Source: Planctomycetaceae bacterium
Lineage (GTDB): Bacteria > Planctomycetota > Planctomycetia > Pirellulales > Pirellulaceae
Assembly: GCA_002717145.1 (NCBI GenBank)
Contig: PBCP01000084.1
Coordinates: 21,604 to 85,603, forward strand
DNA length: 64,000 nt
Direction of reading: 5' to 3'
Under the pieces are notes generated by a model that worked only from the letters and a program-made list of their open reading frames with translations, did not search any database and had not been told where the DNA came from. Made by a program: the position numbers and the translations under genes. Shown here piece by piece: positions 9,897 to 20,500 of the stretch. Numbering within the stretch: position 1 is the stretch's first letter; each line of letters opens with the position of its first letter.

Positions 9897-11142
9897 GTTG
9901 AAAGCCCTGGTAATTTTATTAATCGTCCAGTGCGTCGCCTATGGTGCGGAATGGGGGCGGTTTCGCGGCCCAAATGGGACAGGGGCAATCACTGGGAAAA
10001 CATTGCCCGTTGAATTCGATGAATCCAGCTCGAATTGGAGTGTGGTTGTACCGGGGAAGGGTAATTCGTCACCAGTGATTGGTGGTGAAAACGTTTATCT
10101 AACTAGTGCGATCGTGGATAAGGAATCTAAGAGCGGAGCCCGAACTTTGCATGCCTTTGCTCTTGAGGACGGCAAGCTACAGTGGTCGGTGGCTGCTGCC
10201 TTTGCTACCTATAAGACGAACAATCGAAATGGATTCGCCAGCTCATCCGTATGTGCGGACGAAAATGGGGTTTACGTGTTCTGGCAAGCGGAACAGGGTT
10301 CAAGTTTGACAGCTTATGATCACGATGGAGAGTTGCGTTGGAATTACGACGTTGGGAAGTTTGGCGCTGGAACGGGAGCCGGGACGTCCCCAGTTGTGCA
10401 CAAGGGCGTCATTTTGCTAAGTCACGACAATGAGAAATTTGAGAGTTTCCTGCTCGCTGTGAATGCCAGCAACGGTAAGCGGAAGTGGCAAGTCGTAAGG
10501 AAGACTCAACGGACGGGCTATGCCACTCCCGTTATTTTTGAACCGAGTTCGGGTGAAACGCAGGTCGTGTTTAGCCATTCCTACGAAGGAATGGTAGGCG
10601 TGTCGTACGAGACCGGGGAGATTATTTGGCAAAATGTTGTCTTTGGAGAACACAATCAACGGGCGGTGGGATCGCCGATCGTGATCGGAGATCAGGTGAT
10701 CGCAGCGAGCGGATTTACGAATGGTATCCGAACACTAGTTTCGGTGAAGCCGGATTATGTCAGTGATAGTCATGAAGCCCAGGTGCATTTTAAGACGACT
10801 CGGAACGTCCCCCATTGCCCTACGCCACTTGCCCTGGACGGCAAGTTATATTGTTGGACAGACCGCGGAATACTCGCCTGCCTTGATCTAAGTGACGGTT
10901 CTCAAGAATGGTTAACGCGGGTTGGTGGGGAATTCTTTGCTTCACCCATTGCCGTCAATGATAGAATCTTGGCGATTGACAGGAACGGGTCGATGGTTGT
11001 CATCACCGGTGGTGACCAATACAAAGAGCTTGGTCGTAGCGAGCTGGAGGACGGCGTCATGGCTACCCCGGCTCTAACTAAGGACGCGGTATTTGTTCGA
11101 ACCGAAAATAGATTAATTCGCTTTGATTTGTCGTCTGAATGA
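9880..11142 (+). CDS. PQQ-like (BamB-type) beta-propeller repeat protein
   Basis: Signal peptide, then repeated segments of the type SSPVIGGENVYLTS, GTSPVVHKGVILLS, GSPIVIGDQVIAAS and ASPIAVNDRILAID, typical of PQQ-enzyme-repeat propellers. The GTG start overlaps the PhoD-like gene by 17 nt; TTG 9898 is an alternative. Confidence 0.8.
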   Translation: MKSVIRLKALVILLIVQCVAYGAEWGRFRGPNGTGAITGKTLPVEFDESSSNWSVVVPGKGNSSPVIGGENVYLTSAIVDKESKSGARTLHAFALEDGKLQWSVAAAFATYKTNNRNGFASSSVCADENGVYVFWQAEQGSSLTAYDHDGELRWNYDVGKFGAGTGAGTSPVVHKGVILLSHDNEKFESFLLAVNASNGKRKWQVVRKTQRTGYATPVIFEPSSGETQVVFSHSYEGMVGVSYETGEIIWQNVVFGEHNQRAVGSPIVIGDQVIAASGFTNGIRTLVSVKPDYVSDSHEAQVHFKTTRNVPHCPTPLALDGKLYCWTDRGILACLDLSDGSQEWLTRVGGEFFASPIAVNDRILAIDRNGSMVVITGGDQYKELGRSELEDGVMATPALTKDAVFVRTENRLIRFDLSSE

Positions 11143-11144
11143 CG

Positions 11145-12320
11145 CTATTTACCAGCGTCACGGATCAAGTAGTTGGGTAATTCCTGAACATTCGGGCAAC
11201 CTAATTGCTCAAGCACCTGCTGCAGTTGCCGTTTCATCATGGCCATCACGTGATTACCACCGCGTTTTCCAAGGGCTCCGACACCGTACATGAAAGACCT
11301 GCCCATAAACGTAAAGTCCGCGCCGCATGCCAACGTTCTCGCGATGTCCGGGCCACTGCGTATGCCACTGTCCATCATGATGGTTAACTTGTTTTTGTAT
11401 TGTTGCACCAGTCGGGTTAGAGGGACGATGGTGGACTGACCAGCATCGAGTTGGCGGCCTCCGTGGTTTGAAACGATAATGCCGTCGATACCTATCTTGA
11501 TGACTTCGTCGCAATCCGCTTCATTGACAATTCCCTTGACTACAAGCTTGCCGTCCCAACGGTCTCGCAATACTTTAAGTTTTTCAAGGTCGAGACGCCC
11601 ATTGAAGGTGTCGTCCATGAATTTGCCTAACTGTTTTAAGTTCATTTTGCCGGGCATATACTTTTCCATCGTATTGAAGTTTGGTTTGCCGAAGCGTAAT
11701 GAATTAAAAGCCCAGGTGGGGTTCATAAACATTTGCAGAATATTTGCCAGTGTCATCTTGGGGGGCATCGCCAACCCATTGCGAATGTCACGTGGCCGAT
11801 AACCAAAGGTCGGCACGTCTGCCAAGGCAACGAAGACTTTGTATTCATTGCTATGAGCTCGGTCCATGATGTCGAAGAGAATTTTATCTTCCGCCGGATA
11901 GTAAAGCTGGAACCACGCCTTGCCGTCGGTAGCTTCAGCGACTTGTTCGATGGACGCGGTCGTTACAGTGCTAAGGCAAAACGGGACATTGTGACGCCGC
12001 GCCGCCTTTGCAAGGATGATGGGCGAATTTGGCCACATCAAACCCTGTAGACCGACCGGTGCCACGCCAAATGGAGCGTTGTATTTTTCACCAAAAAGGG
12101 TGGTGCTGATGTCGTAGGCTGGAGGCGGTGTAAGATAACGCGGTTCTAACTCCACTCGCTGTATATCGGAAATATTCTTATCCAGGTTGACATCTTCATT
12201 GCAGCCGCCATCCAAGTACTCAAATGCGAATTTAGGCATGCGGCGAAAGGCACGGTTACGTAAGTCTGCCATGGCAGGGTAGCGGGAATCAAAATCCTGC
12301 ATTGCTTCTTGTGGAGTCAT
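11145..12320 (-). CDS. FMN-dependent alpha-hydroxy acid dehydrogenase (L-lactate dehydrogenase/glycolate oxidase family)
   Basis: FAFEYLDGG at the N-terminus, the active-site block IIVSNHGGRQLD, SGIRSGPDIARTLACGADF and MYGVGA. I placed the start at ATG 12320; the ORF-track start at 12326 is a TTG two codons upstream. Confidence 0.9.
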   Translation of the reverse strand: MTPQEAMQDFDSRYPAMADLRNRAFRRMPKFAFEYLDGGCNEDVNLDKNISDIQRVELEPRYLTPPPAYDISTTLFGEKYNAPFGVAPVGLQGLMWPNSPIILAKAARRHNVPFCLSTVTTASIEQVAEATDGKAWFQLYYPAEDKILFDIMDRAHSNEYKVFVALADVPTFGYRPRDIRNGLAMPPKMTLANILQMFMNPTWAFNSLRFGKPNFNTMEKYMPGKMNLKQLGKFMDDTFNGRLDLEKLKVLRDRWDGKLVVKGIVNEADCDEVIKIGIDGIIVSNHGGRQLDAGQSTIVPLTRLVQQYKNKLTIMMDSGIRSGPDIARTLACGADFTFMGRSFMYGVGALGKRGGNHVMAMMKRQLQQVLEQLGCPNVQELPNYLIRDAGK

Positions 12321-12510
12321 GAACAAATGACCTGGATGAAAGTGAAATGTTTAAGTTCTCAAATATTCATTTTAGGTCCTGCCTATTAGACGACTAGACA
12401 AGCGAGAGGAAAAACTTCGTCTTCGCGTAATGTTTTCAAAATTAGTTATAATAAGAATGAATGAATTGAGAACTATTATGTTTCCTCTGATGATTTAAGG
12501 TGTTGATAAC

Positions 12511-15500
12511 ATGAGACTCACGACGGCTTTCGTACTTTTGGCCCTCCTGATCCTAAGTCCTTACACAAAAGCACAGGACTTTCAGAGTATTTTCAACGGC
12601 AAAGACCTGACGGGCTGGCAAGGTGATAAAGAGCTTTGGACGGTAAAAGACGGCGTTATTACTGGAGTGACGAATAAAGACGCACCCATTGCTCATAATA
12701 AATTTCTCATCTGGGATGGCGTCGTTAAAGATTTTACGTTCAAGGCTCAGTTTCGCCTAACAGGGAATAATAATTCTGGCGTCCAGTATCGTAGCCAGCG
12801 ATTTGGTGAGCAGTCTGCCTATCGTGTTAGAGGTTATCAAGCTGATATACATTCAAACCCACCCTATACAGGGATGCTTTATGATGAAGGTGGCCGCGGA
12901 ATCGTCGCGCAACGTGGGCAGAAGGTCACGGTAAATAAGGCTGGAAAGTCTGAAGTCACTGGAAAGACCGATGGCCTCGTTAAGGAAGACCTTTCAAAAT
13001 GGACCGAAATCGAAATTACCTGCATTGGCAATCACCTTGTTCATAAAATTAACGGCAAGGTGACTGTAGATATCACCGACGACGATGAAAAGAACAGAGA
13101 ATTTGAAGGGCTACTAGCGTTACAAATCCATGCCGGTGGGCCGATGACGATCGAGTTTAAAGATCTACAGCTAAAACACATTGTAAAAAAAAAAGTAACC
13201 AAGGCCATCCCGCAATGGATCTGGGTAGGAAATAACAACACAACGGCTAGCAATCAGCATGTGTTCCTACGTAAAAATGTTTTAGTTCCCGCTGGCCGGT
13301 TTGGAGGAGCTAAGCTTACTTTCGCGTGTGATAACGTCGCTCACGTCTATATCAACGGCGTCAAAGTTGCCAGTAACGATAACTTCAACAAACCGACGGG
13401 AAAAGAAGTTAAGGAGTACCTACGCCGAGGTGAAAATGTCCTTGCCGTGGTAGCGGCCAATTCTGAAGCGGAAGGACCGGCCGGCTTCGTTGCGAGGCTG
13501 GATTTAGAGCTCGACAGGGAAAGCCCTCGTATCATTAGTGACGCTAGTTGGGTTGGAGGCCTCAGTGAATCCGCAGGCTGGAAGACTGATCTTCTGCCTC
13601 CCCCCGACTTTAAAGCCATTAGGCCCATTGGTGCGTTGGGGTGTGAACCATGGACACAGGTTACCAGTGCTTCGCTGGATGCAGCCATTCCGCTGAAGTC
13701 ATTAGTCGCTACGAATACGGAAGATTTAATAGTGGCAAAAGGGTTTCAAGTTGAGCTCCTGTACGATGTGCCGAAAGACCTGCAGGGTTCGTGGGTCAAT
13801 ATGTGCACGTTGCCAGATGGTAAGCTAATCGTTTCGGATCAATATGGAAGCCTTTACGAAGTAGTTCCTGCGCCGATTGGTGAACCAGCTACAGTGACCA
13901 AGGTGATGAAACTTGATATTGAATTGGGGATGGCTCATGGACTTCTTTGGGCATTCGATTCTTTGTTCGTAATGGTCAATGGCGGGAATAAATACACCTC
14001 CGGTTTGTATCGTGTCTCGGATTCGGATCAAGATGGTAAACTTGACAAGGTAACGCTCTTGCGGGAAATCAGCGGAGGCGGAGAGCATGGTCCGCATGCC
14101 ATCTTGGCACATCCTGATGGAGAGAGCCTAGTCGTTGTCTGCGGCAATTCGACAAAACTCGTCGAGATGGACGATTCACGCGTTCCATTAGTTTGGGACG
14201 AGGATCTGTTACACGAAAGAACTTATGGCCGCGGTTTTATGCGTGGAGTGCCAGCGCCGGGCGGCTGGATTGCGAAGGTTGACCCAAATGGAAAAAATTG
14301 GGAGTTGCTGGCGACTGGATTTAGAAACCAATTCGATGCAGCCTACAATCGCGAAGGTGAATTGTTTGCTTACGATGCGGATATGGAATGGGATGTAAAC
14401 ACGCCATGGTATCGTCCAACGAGAATCTGTCACGTGGTTAGCGGAGCGGAGTTTGGCTGGAGAAACGGATCGGGGAAATGGCCGGTTTATTTTCCGGATA
14501 GCGTTCCACCGGTCGTCAACGTGGGTCCCGGATCGCCTACTGGAGTGTGCTTCGGGTATGGAACTAAATTTCCAGCTAGGTATCAAGATGCTTTGTTTAT
14601 CTGTGATTGGAGTTATGGGAAACTTTACGCTGTCCATATGAGTCCTGACGGCTCTACTTATCAGGGTTCACTGGAGGAATTCGTGGCAGGCACACCGCTT
14701 CCGCTGACGGACGTTGTGGTCGGTCCCACTGATGGCGCACTTTACTTCACGATCGGCGGGCGGCGCACAAAATCAGGCTTGTATAGAGTGACCTACGTCG
14801 GAGACGAGTCGACCAAAGAATCGTCAGGTGTACAGGCAGAAAAGGCCGCCCGTGAGCAACGACGGAACCTGGAGCAATATCATACTGTGGTTGGGAAAGA
14901 GGCGGTCCTTGCTTCAATGTCCGGGCTGGGTAGTGATGATAGGCAGATTCGTTATGCGGCTAGAATCGCATTGGAACATCAGGATGTTGATCTGTGGCAG
15001 TCGTTAGTCCTCGCGTCAGACGACGTAGAGGTTTCATTGAACGGGATGCTCGGTTTGGTTAGGGTTGCTAATGCACACTTGCGTCAGAATTTGCTTCAAA
15101 AACTGTATTCTTTTGAATTCAGGAAGTTAGGAGAACGCCAAAAGATTCTCTGGCTGCGAGTCTACGGACTTGTATTTATGCGAATGGGAGCAGCAACGGC
15201 TGAGGATGCTGCCGAGATAAGAAGGCAACTCGAACCCGAATTTCCGGGGCGCAATGCGGCGATTAACTCAGAGGTATTGAAACTACTGGTCTATGCTGAA
15301 TCTGCCGACGTGACTCCGGCAGCAGTGCATTTGCTTTTGAACGCTCCTACTCAGGAAGAGCAAATTGATTATGCAAAAACGCTCCGTCACCAATTGTATG
15401 GGTGGACTTCCGACTTACGCAGAGGTTATTTTGAGTGGTTTCTGAAAGCAGCAAATTACCGTGGCGGTGCTAGTTTCACGATGTTCCTCGAAAACATCAA

Positions 15501-16113
15501 AAAGGATGCAGTGTCAAATCTGCCACCACAGTCAGCTGAAGATCTGGAGGCGATCATCGAGAAGAGTTTGGAACAAACCAATCCACTGAATCACACTCAA
15601 CGCCGGTTTGTCAAACAGTGGAGTATCGACGAGTTGGTGCAACTTGCCGCGCAAGGGTTGAAGGGCAGAAACTTTGAGAAAGGCTCGCAACTGTTCGGAG
15701 AGACGAATTGTTTCGCATGTCATCGGTTTGCAGGGAAAGGCGGAGCTATTGGTCCGGACCTGAGCTCTGTGGCGGGGAGGTTTAGCCGTAAGGACCTAAT
15801 CGAATCAATCGTTGACCCCAATAGAGTGATTAGCGACCAATACGCCGCAACTACTTTCATAACTCTTGATGGGAAGATCGTCACTGGCAGAGTGGCCAAT
15901 CTTTCTGGTGATAATATTCTCGTGCAGACGAACATGTTAGATCCGGGAAACTTCACCGCTATCGACACAAAGATGATTGATGAGCAGTTTGCATCCAAAA
16001 CGTCCTTAATGCCAGAAGGACTGCTGAATACGCTTGATGAAGAAGAAGTGTTGGACTTGCTTGCATTTTTGCTGTCGAGGGGCGATCGGAATAGTAAGAT
16101 GTTTCAGAAGTAA
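12511..16113 (+). CDS. PVC-type multidomain heme-binding protein (DUF1080 + sugar-binding-like + dehydrogenase-like propeller + HEAT-like + cytochrome c)
   Basis: Signal peptide, then a DUF1080-type start FNGKDLTGWQG..WTVKDGVITG..LQIHAGGPMTIEFKDLQLK. A propeller-like block follows (FQVELLYDVPKDLQGSWVNMCTLPDGKLIVSD, FRNQFDAAYNREGELFAYDADMEWD). The C-terminus has NCFACHRFAGKGGAIGPDLS, with CxxCH at 15709-15723. Confidence 0.9.
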   Translation: MRLTTAFVLLALLILSPYTKAQDFQSIFNGKDLTGWQGDKELWTVKDGVITGVTNKDAPIAHNKFLIWDGVVKDFTFKAQFRLTGNNNSGVQYRSQRFGEQSAYRVRGYQADIHSNPPYTGMLYDEGGRGIVAQRGQKVTVNKAGKSEVTGKTDGLVKEDLSKWTEIEITCIGNHLVHKINGKVTVDITDDDEKNREFEGLLALQIHAGGPMTIEFKDLQLKHIVKKKVTKAIPQWIWVGNNNTTASNQHVFLRKNVLVPAGRFGGAKLTFACDNVAHVYINGVKVASNDNFNKPTGKEVKEYLRRGENVLAVVAANSEAEGPAGFVARLDLELDRESPRIISDASWVGGLSESAGWKTDLLPPPDFKAIRPIGALGCEPWTQVTSASLDAAIPLKSLVATNTEDLIVAKGFQVELLYDVPKDLQGSWVNMCTLPDGKLIVSDQYGSLYEVVPAPIGEPATVTKVMKLDIELGMAHGLLWAFDSLFVMVNGGNKYTSGLYRVSDSDQDGKLDKVTLLREISGGGEHGPHAILAHPDGESLVVVCGNSTKLVEMDDSRVPLVWDEDLLHERTYGRGFMRGVPAPGGWIAKVDPNGKNWELLATGFRNQFDAAYNREGELFAYDADMEWDVNTPWYRPTRICHVVSGAEFGWRNGSGKWPVYFPDSVPPVVNVGPGSPTGVCFGYGTKFPARYQDALFICDWSYGKLYAVHMSPDGSTYQGSLEEFVAGTPLPLTDVVVGPTDGALYFTIGGRRTKSGLYRVTYVGDESTKESSGVQAEKAAREQRRNLEQYHTVVGKEAVLASMSGLGSDDRQIRYAARIALEHQDVDLWQSLVLASDDVEVSLNGMLGLVRVANAHLRQNLLQKLYSFEFRKLGERQKILWLRVYGLVFMRMGAATAEDAAEIRRQLEPEFPGRNAAINSEVLKLLVYAESADVTPAAVHLLLNAPTQEEQIDYAKTLRHQLYGWTSDLRRGYFEWFLKAANYRGGASFTMFLENIKKDAVSNLPPQSAEDLEAIIEKSLEQTNPLNHTQRRFVKQWSIDELVQLAAQGLKGRNFEKGSQLFGETNCFACHRFAGKGGAIGPDLSSVAGRFSRKDLIESIVDPNRVISDQYAATTFITLDGKIVTGRVANLSGDNILVQTNMLDPGNFTAIDTKMIDEQFASKTSLMPEGLLNTLDEEEVLDLLAFLLSRGDRNSKMFQK

Positions 16114-16227
16114 TACATCATGATTCGACTCGCGGAATTGCCGATAACTAGACTGGAATTGGCGCTGTTTAATATGAGTTACTACAATAGAAACTAGCAA
16201 ACGTATCACTCTTAAGGGAATTCTATC

Positions 16228-17568
16228 GTGCTGTCTATCTTTGGGAAAAAAACGGGGAAGTATTGTAACGGACTTGATCGCCGACGGTTTATTCAAATCG
16301 GCGCTTTAGGACTGGGCGGTATGTCGCTTGCGAATCTCATGCAGGCCGAAGCGGCGACTTCCTATCCTAAGAAATCTAAGCGTTCGGTGATTCTGATCTG
16401 GCAGCACGGAGGGCCTAGTCAACTAGATACGTTTGATATGAAGCCCGACCAGCCTGAGGAAATCAGAGGACCCTGGACTTCTATCAATACAAATGTCCCT
16501 GGTGTACGGATTAGCGAACTTTTACCGCATCATGCCCAGGTGATGGATAAGGTGTCGATCATCCGTAGCTTCTCTCACGGCAATGGTGACCATTGGGCTG
16601 CAGCTCATTGGTTACTCACTGGTTACACAGGTGCAACCGGTTCCGATCGCATACCACGCAATCCGTCTATGCAGTCGGTTTCCTCGTATTTATTGGGGCC
16701 TCGTCGCAGCGGTGTCCCTAGTGGTATTAATATCAACGACGGAGGTTTTGGGTTCCACGGTGCAGCCTATTTAGGCGTCAATCACAATCCGTTCCGCATT
16801 GGTGATTTCAGTTATGGAAATGAAGCCGGAAGATTGCCTACAGGTTCTGACAAGAGTTTTTCTCTTGTGGACGGGCTATCGGAGAACCGCGTGATCAACC
16901 GTGTTTCGTTACTTCAGCAATTCGACACGATGCGACGTGAGGCCGATGCAACCGGAACGTTCCAGGGAATTGACGAAATGAATGCCCAGGCTCAGGAAAT
17001 TATACTATCCGGGCGGGCTAGAAAGGCCTTTGACCTTTCGGAAGAGGATCCGAAGCTAGTGGAATCCTACGGGCCGGGATGGGGTGAACAGGCTTTGCTT
17101 GCTCGGAGGTTTATCGAATCCGGCGTGAGATTCGTAACTCTCAATACTGGATACTGGGATGATCATGGCAACCTTAAAAATGCGTTGAACGACAAGATGG
17201 TCCGACATGACCGTGCAGTAGGTGTCCTTATAAAGGATTTATCTGATCGGGGCATGTTGGATGATACGCTTGTTGTAACCGCAGGGGAATTTGGCCGTAC
17301 TCCACGTATCAATGGTAACGCAGGGCGAGATCATTGGCCTCAGGCCCAAAGTATCCTGATAGCAGGCGGAGGGTTCCAACACGGTCAGTTCATTGGTGCT
17401 ACTAACTCTAAGGCAGAGCATCCGGTCGACCGCCCGATTAAACCGGCGGATCTAAATGCTATTATTTATCATTCGCTCGGATTGCGGGCAGAGGACACCT
17501 ATCCGAATCTCGCAGGACGGCCAATTCATCTCTATGAAAAAGGTGTGGTCCCGAGGGAATTGCTTTAA
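16228..17568 (+). CDS. DUF1501 domain protein (sulfatase-superfamily-like, Tat signal)
   Basis: GTG start with AAGGGA upstream. Twin-arginine leader LDRRRFIQIGALGLGG. DUF1501 hallmarks: ILIWQHGGPSQLDTFDMKP, VTAGEFGRTPRIN and GRDHWPQAQS. Confidence 0.88.
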   Translation: MLSIFGKKTGKYCNGLDRRRFIQIGALGLGGMSLANLMQAEAATSYPKKSKRSVILIWQHGGPSQLDTFDMKPDQPEEIRGPWTSINTNVPGVRISELLPHHAQVMDKVSIIRSFSHGNGDHWAAAHWLLTGYTGATGSDRIPRNPSMQSVSSYLLGPRRSGVPSGININDGGFGFHGAAYLGVNHNPFRIGDFSYGNEAGRLPTGSDKSFSLVDGLSENRVINRVSLLQQFDTMRREADATGTFQGIDEMNAQAQEIILSGRARKAFDLSEEDPKLVESYGPGWGEQALLARRFIESGVRFVTLNTGYWDDHGNLKNALNDKMVRHDRAVGVLIKDLSDRGMLDDTLVVTAGEFGRTPRINGNAGRDHWPQAQSILIAGGGFQHGQFIGATNSKAEHPVDRPIKPADLNAIIYHSLGLRAEDTYPNLAGRPIHLYEKGVVPRELL

Positions 17569-17575
17569 GGAAATA

Positions 17576-20500
17576 TTATTGCTGATAAAAAGTCCGTGTT
17601 TGCTCGCGCGTGAGTGTAGTCCCTAATAACGCAGGCAAACCGGACAACATGACTCGGTTGCTTGCGAGTCTGATCATATAAAAACGATCTCCCAAAGCGA
17701 TCGGATCAAGATAATTGCCTTCCAATAAGGGTGTTGTTGGGTTCAGGGAGTCGATACTTAGGATAATACTGCTGTCCCGAAACGTTATTATTAAATGCCC
17801 CCCATTATCAACTAGTTGGAGATCGCGAATTAAACTGTTGAAGCGCCGGTGTCTAACGATTTGTTGGTCAGTCAATGAATAGATGATGAGTCTGTTGTTG
17901 TCGGTCAGGAGAACTAGTTCATTCACTTCTGAGCGTAAAATCGCGGACTTAATTGGTAAGGGGACTGTGGCATTGATTTCAGCGTCGTCAGCTTCAAGAT
18001 TCATAAAAAGGTGTTCGTCAGGTCGCGTTCTCCTAGTCATGATTAGCTGGAATTTATTAGATGATGTATTCCAAAATGTCTCTCGAATGAACCCATCGAA
18101 TTCATAGGGTTCGCTGTATTCAAGTGCTTCTAAATCGACTTGGAAGGCTCTGGAAGAGACCTGACTTGACGTCAGCAGTAGTTGTCGAGCATCACTGGAC
18201 AGCGTGGTCTTGAGAAGTCCATTCAGATCATTGGGGTGTGAATAAGTATAGGTTTGGTCTTCTTTGAAGTGGTAAAGCTTAGTCGAACTGCATACGTATC
18301 CTGAGTCGGATTGAGCGGAATAGCAAAAAGTGTCGAGATTCACATCGGACGGGAAGGTGTAGGACGTTGAAAACTTGCCGTCCGCACTGATTCGTAGAAC
18401 TGTTATACGTTCGCTGTCTTCGACGCCCAGGAACCGACCCTCTCCTAGAGGTCTCAGGAACCGAATAGGGGCGGGATGCTCGTGGAGTGTGGTTTGCTGA
18501 CCGTTTGGGAATATACGTATTACTTGATTTTCGCCTTTTTGTGCAACCATATTGCCATCGATGGTGAAGCCTAGGTGGCTTAAGTCCCTACCGATGGAAA
18601 AAGAATCGGAATTGCTAATGGAAGGTTGCAGATACGTTTCAAGCATTCCGTTGGATAGCATGACCTGTTTTGATTCGCCGTCAGATGTGGCCGCCACAAC
18701 AGATGATGTAAGGCTTAGCGGAGTGCCGTTGTTCAGTAAATTATCTGCGTCAAGCTCGTATAAACGGCCATCTCGATTGAGTATCTGCAGAGTGCTTTGA
18801 TTGACATCCAGAATGCGTGAATGAATAGCGTCGTCGAGCCGCCGAATTGTTGGGTTCAATCGGCCGTCAAGTTTTACCAACGTTCCCTTCGCAAATAGAA
18901 GGTAATGGGCATTGCCGTACTCAGCAAAATCGACTAGCTGGTTATCATCGGATGATGGCCGGAAACGGATACGGCGCGCATTAGATTCGCCAAACGCAAA
19001 TTCATTTATGTACGACTGATCCGTTAGTAATGCGACGGAATTGTCAGAGGCAAACCAGAGCTGTCGGCATTCCGAAGGCAAAGGAAAGCTATAACGGAGT
19101 CGCTTTGCTTGGAGGTCCAGGATTTGCAAGGTGGTGTCGAAGGTGAAGGCCAACATCGCGCCATCCGGAGAAATCGCAATTCGGTTGGGAGCTGTTGGTA
19201 ACGTCGTGAGGGGGGCCGACTGGGACAGTTGCTCAAGGGAATACGTCACAATACGGCCGTTTCTCAAGCCAGCGTAAATTGTTTGATTATTGAGTAACGC
19301 CGCAGTGCAATTGGCAGATAAACGGCCGAAGACAGGCGTTTCACCATTAAACATTGTGATGATTGATTCGTCATTGATGTTGGTGATTGCGACGCTTTCG
19401 TTATCGGAGATAAAAAAGTGTTCTAATCTTCCAGGAACCAGATGACTGTGGTGTGAGTCATCCAAGAAAAAGTGGATAAGCGTGCTGGAGTTAGAAGGCT
19501 GATTTTGGGCTACCACCAGAGAAGCCCCGTTACTAGCTATTTGTTTCGTTTGGCGATTTGTTGAAAGATCCAACTTTAGGTGTTTTTGGGATGTCCGGTT
19601 ATAAGAATGGTTAGCGATAGCCCTCAGCAAAGGTGAATCCTGGATTGTTGAATCGTCTGACTCCGTCACGAATTGGAGGAGGGTGCGTGCGTTAGCCAAA
19701 GCTAGGTCATTGCGTCCCTGGAGGATATGTTGTCGGATTTGAGAACGAAAGGTTGTGAGTGAGGTGCTTCGAATTTGTTCTACGGCATCGGTAGCTCTGC
19801 GTTCATCGGCCTGAGCCTGGGCGAGCAGTTTTACGGCGATCGCATCCTGTTCTAAGGCATGCTTGTAATCGATTTGCGCGTTCTCATCGAGGACCTTACT
19901 TTCTTGTTGCAGCTTACGTGCCGTATCACGCTCTATGAGGGCAAGTTTTGCGTTACTTTTTGCGGCGGCCAGAAGGCGTTGGGCCTGTTCGAGAGCCTCG
20001 ACTGAAGCGTTGGTTGCTTGCTCCTGTTGTCGACGTTCTTTTTCGATTTGTTGGTTGTCGTGGTAAAGGTGTCGGGTTATGTGTCGAGTGCCGGCAAGTG
20101 TCGCCTGAGCTTCTTCCGTTGCACTTCTCAGGATAAAGGTTTCGGTCAGCAGTGTAAAAATTAATAGGACTAAGGTGACCGAGCCAAAGAGAATGGAAAA
20201 AGGGTGGTGTCTTGACCACCTAGACAATGATTCGTAAAAGGAATCCTTATGGGCGATGGTTGGCTGATCTGCTAAATAGCTCCGAACATCATCCGCTAGT
20301 GAGGCGACGGATGTATAACAACCGTCGTCTAGAAAGGCTTTTTTTAGGATAGAGGCCAGTTGCGCGGGGACTGCAGAGCGTAGGACACGCAGACTGGACA
20401 AAGAATGGTCGTGCGGTGGAGTTCCGGTTAAAACCTCGAACAACAAAGCGCCGATTGCCCGGCAGTCATCGATGGCCAGTGTTCCGGTAAGTTCCTCGTC

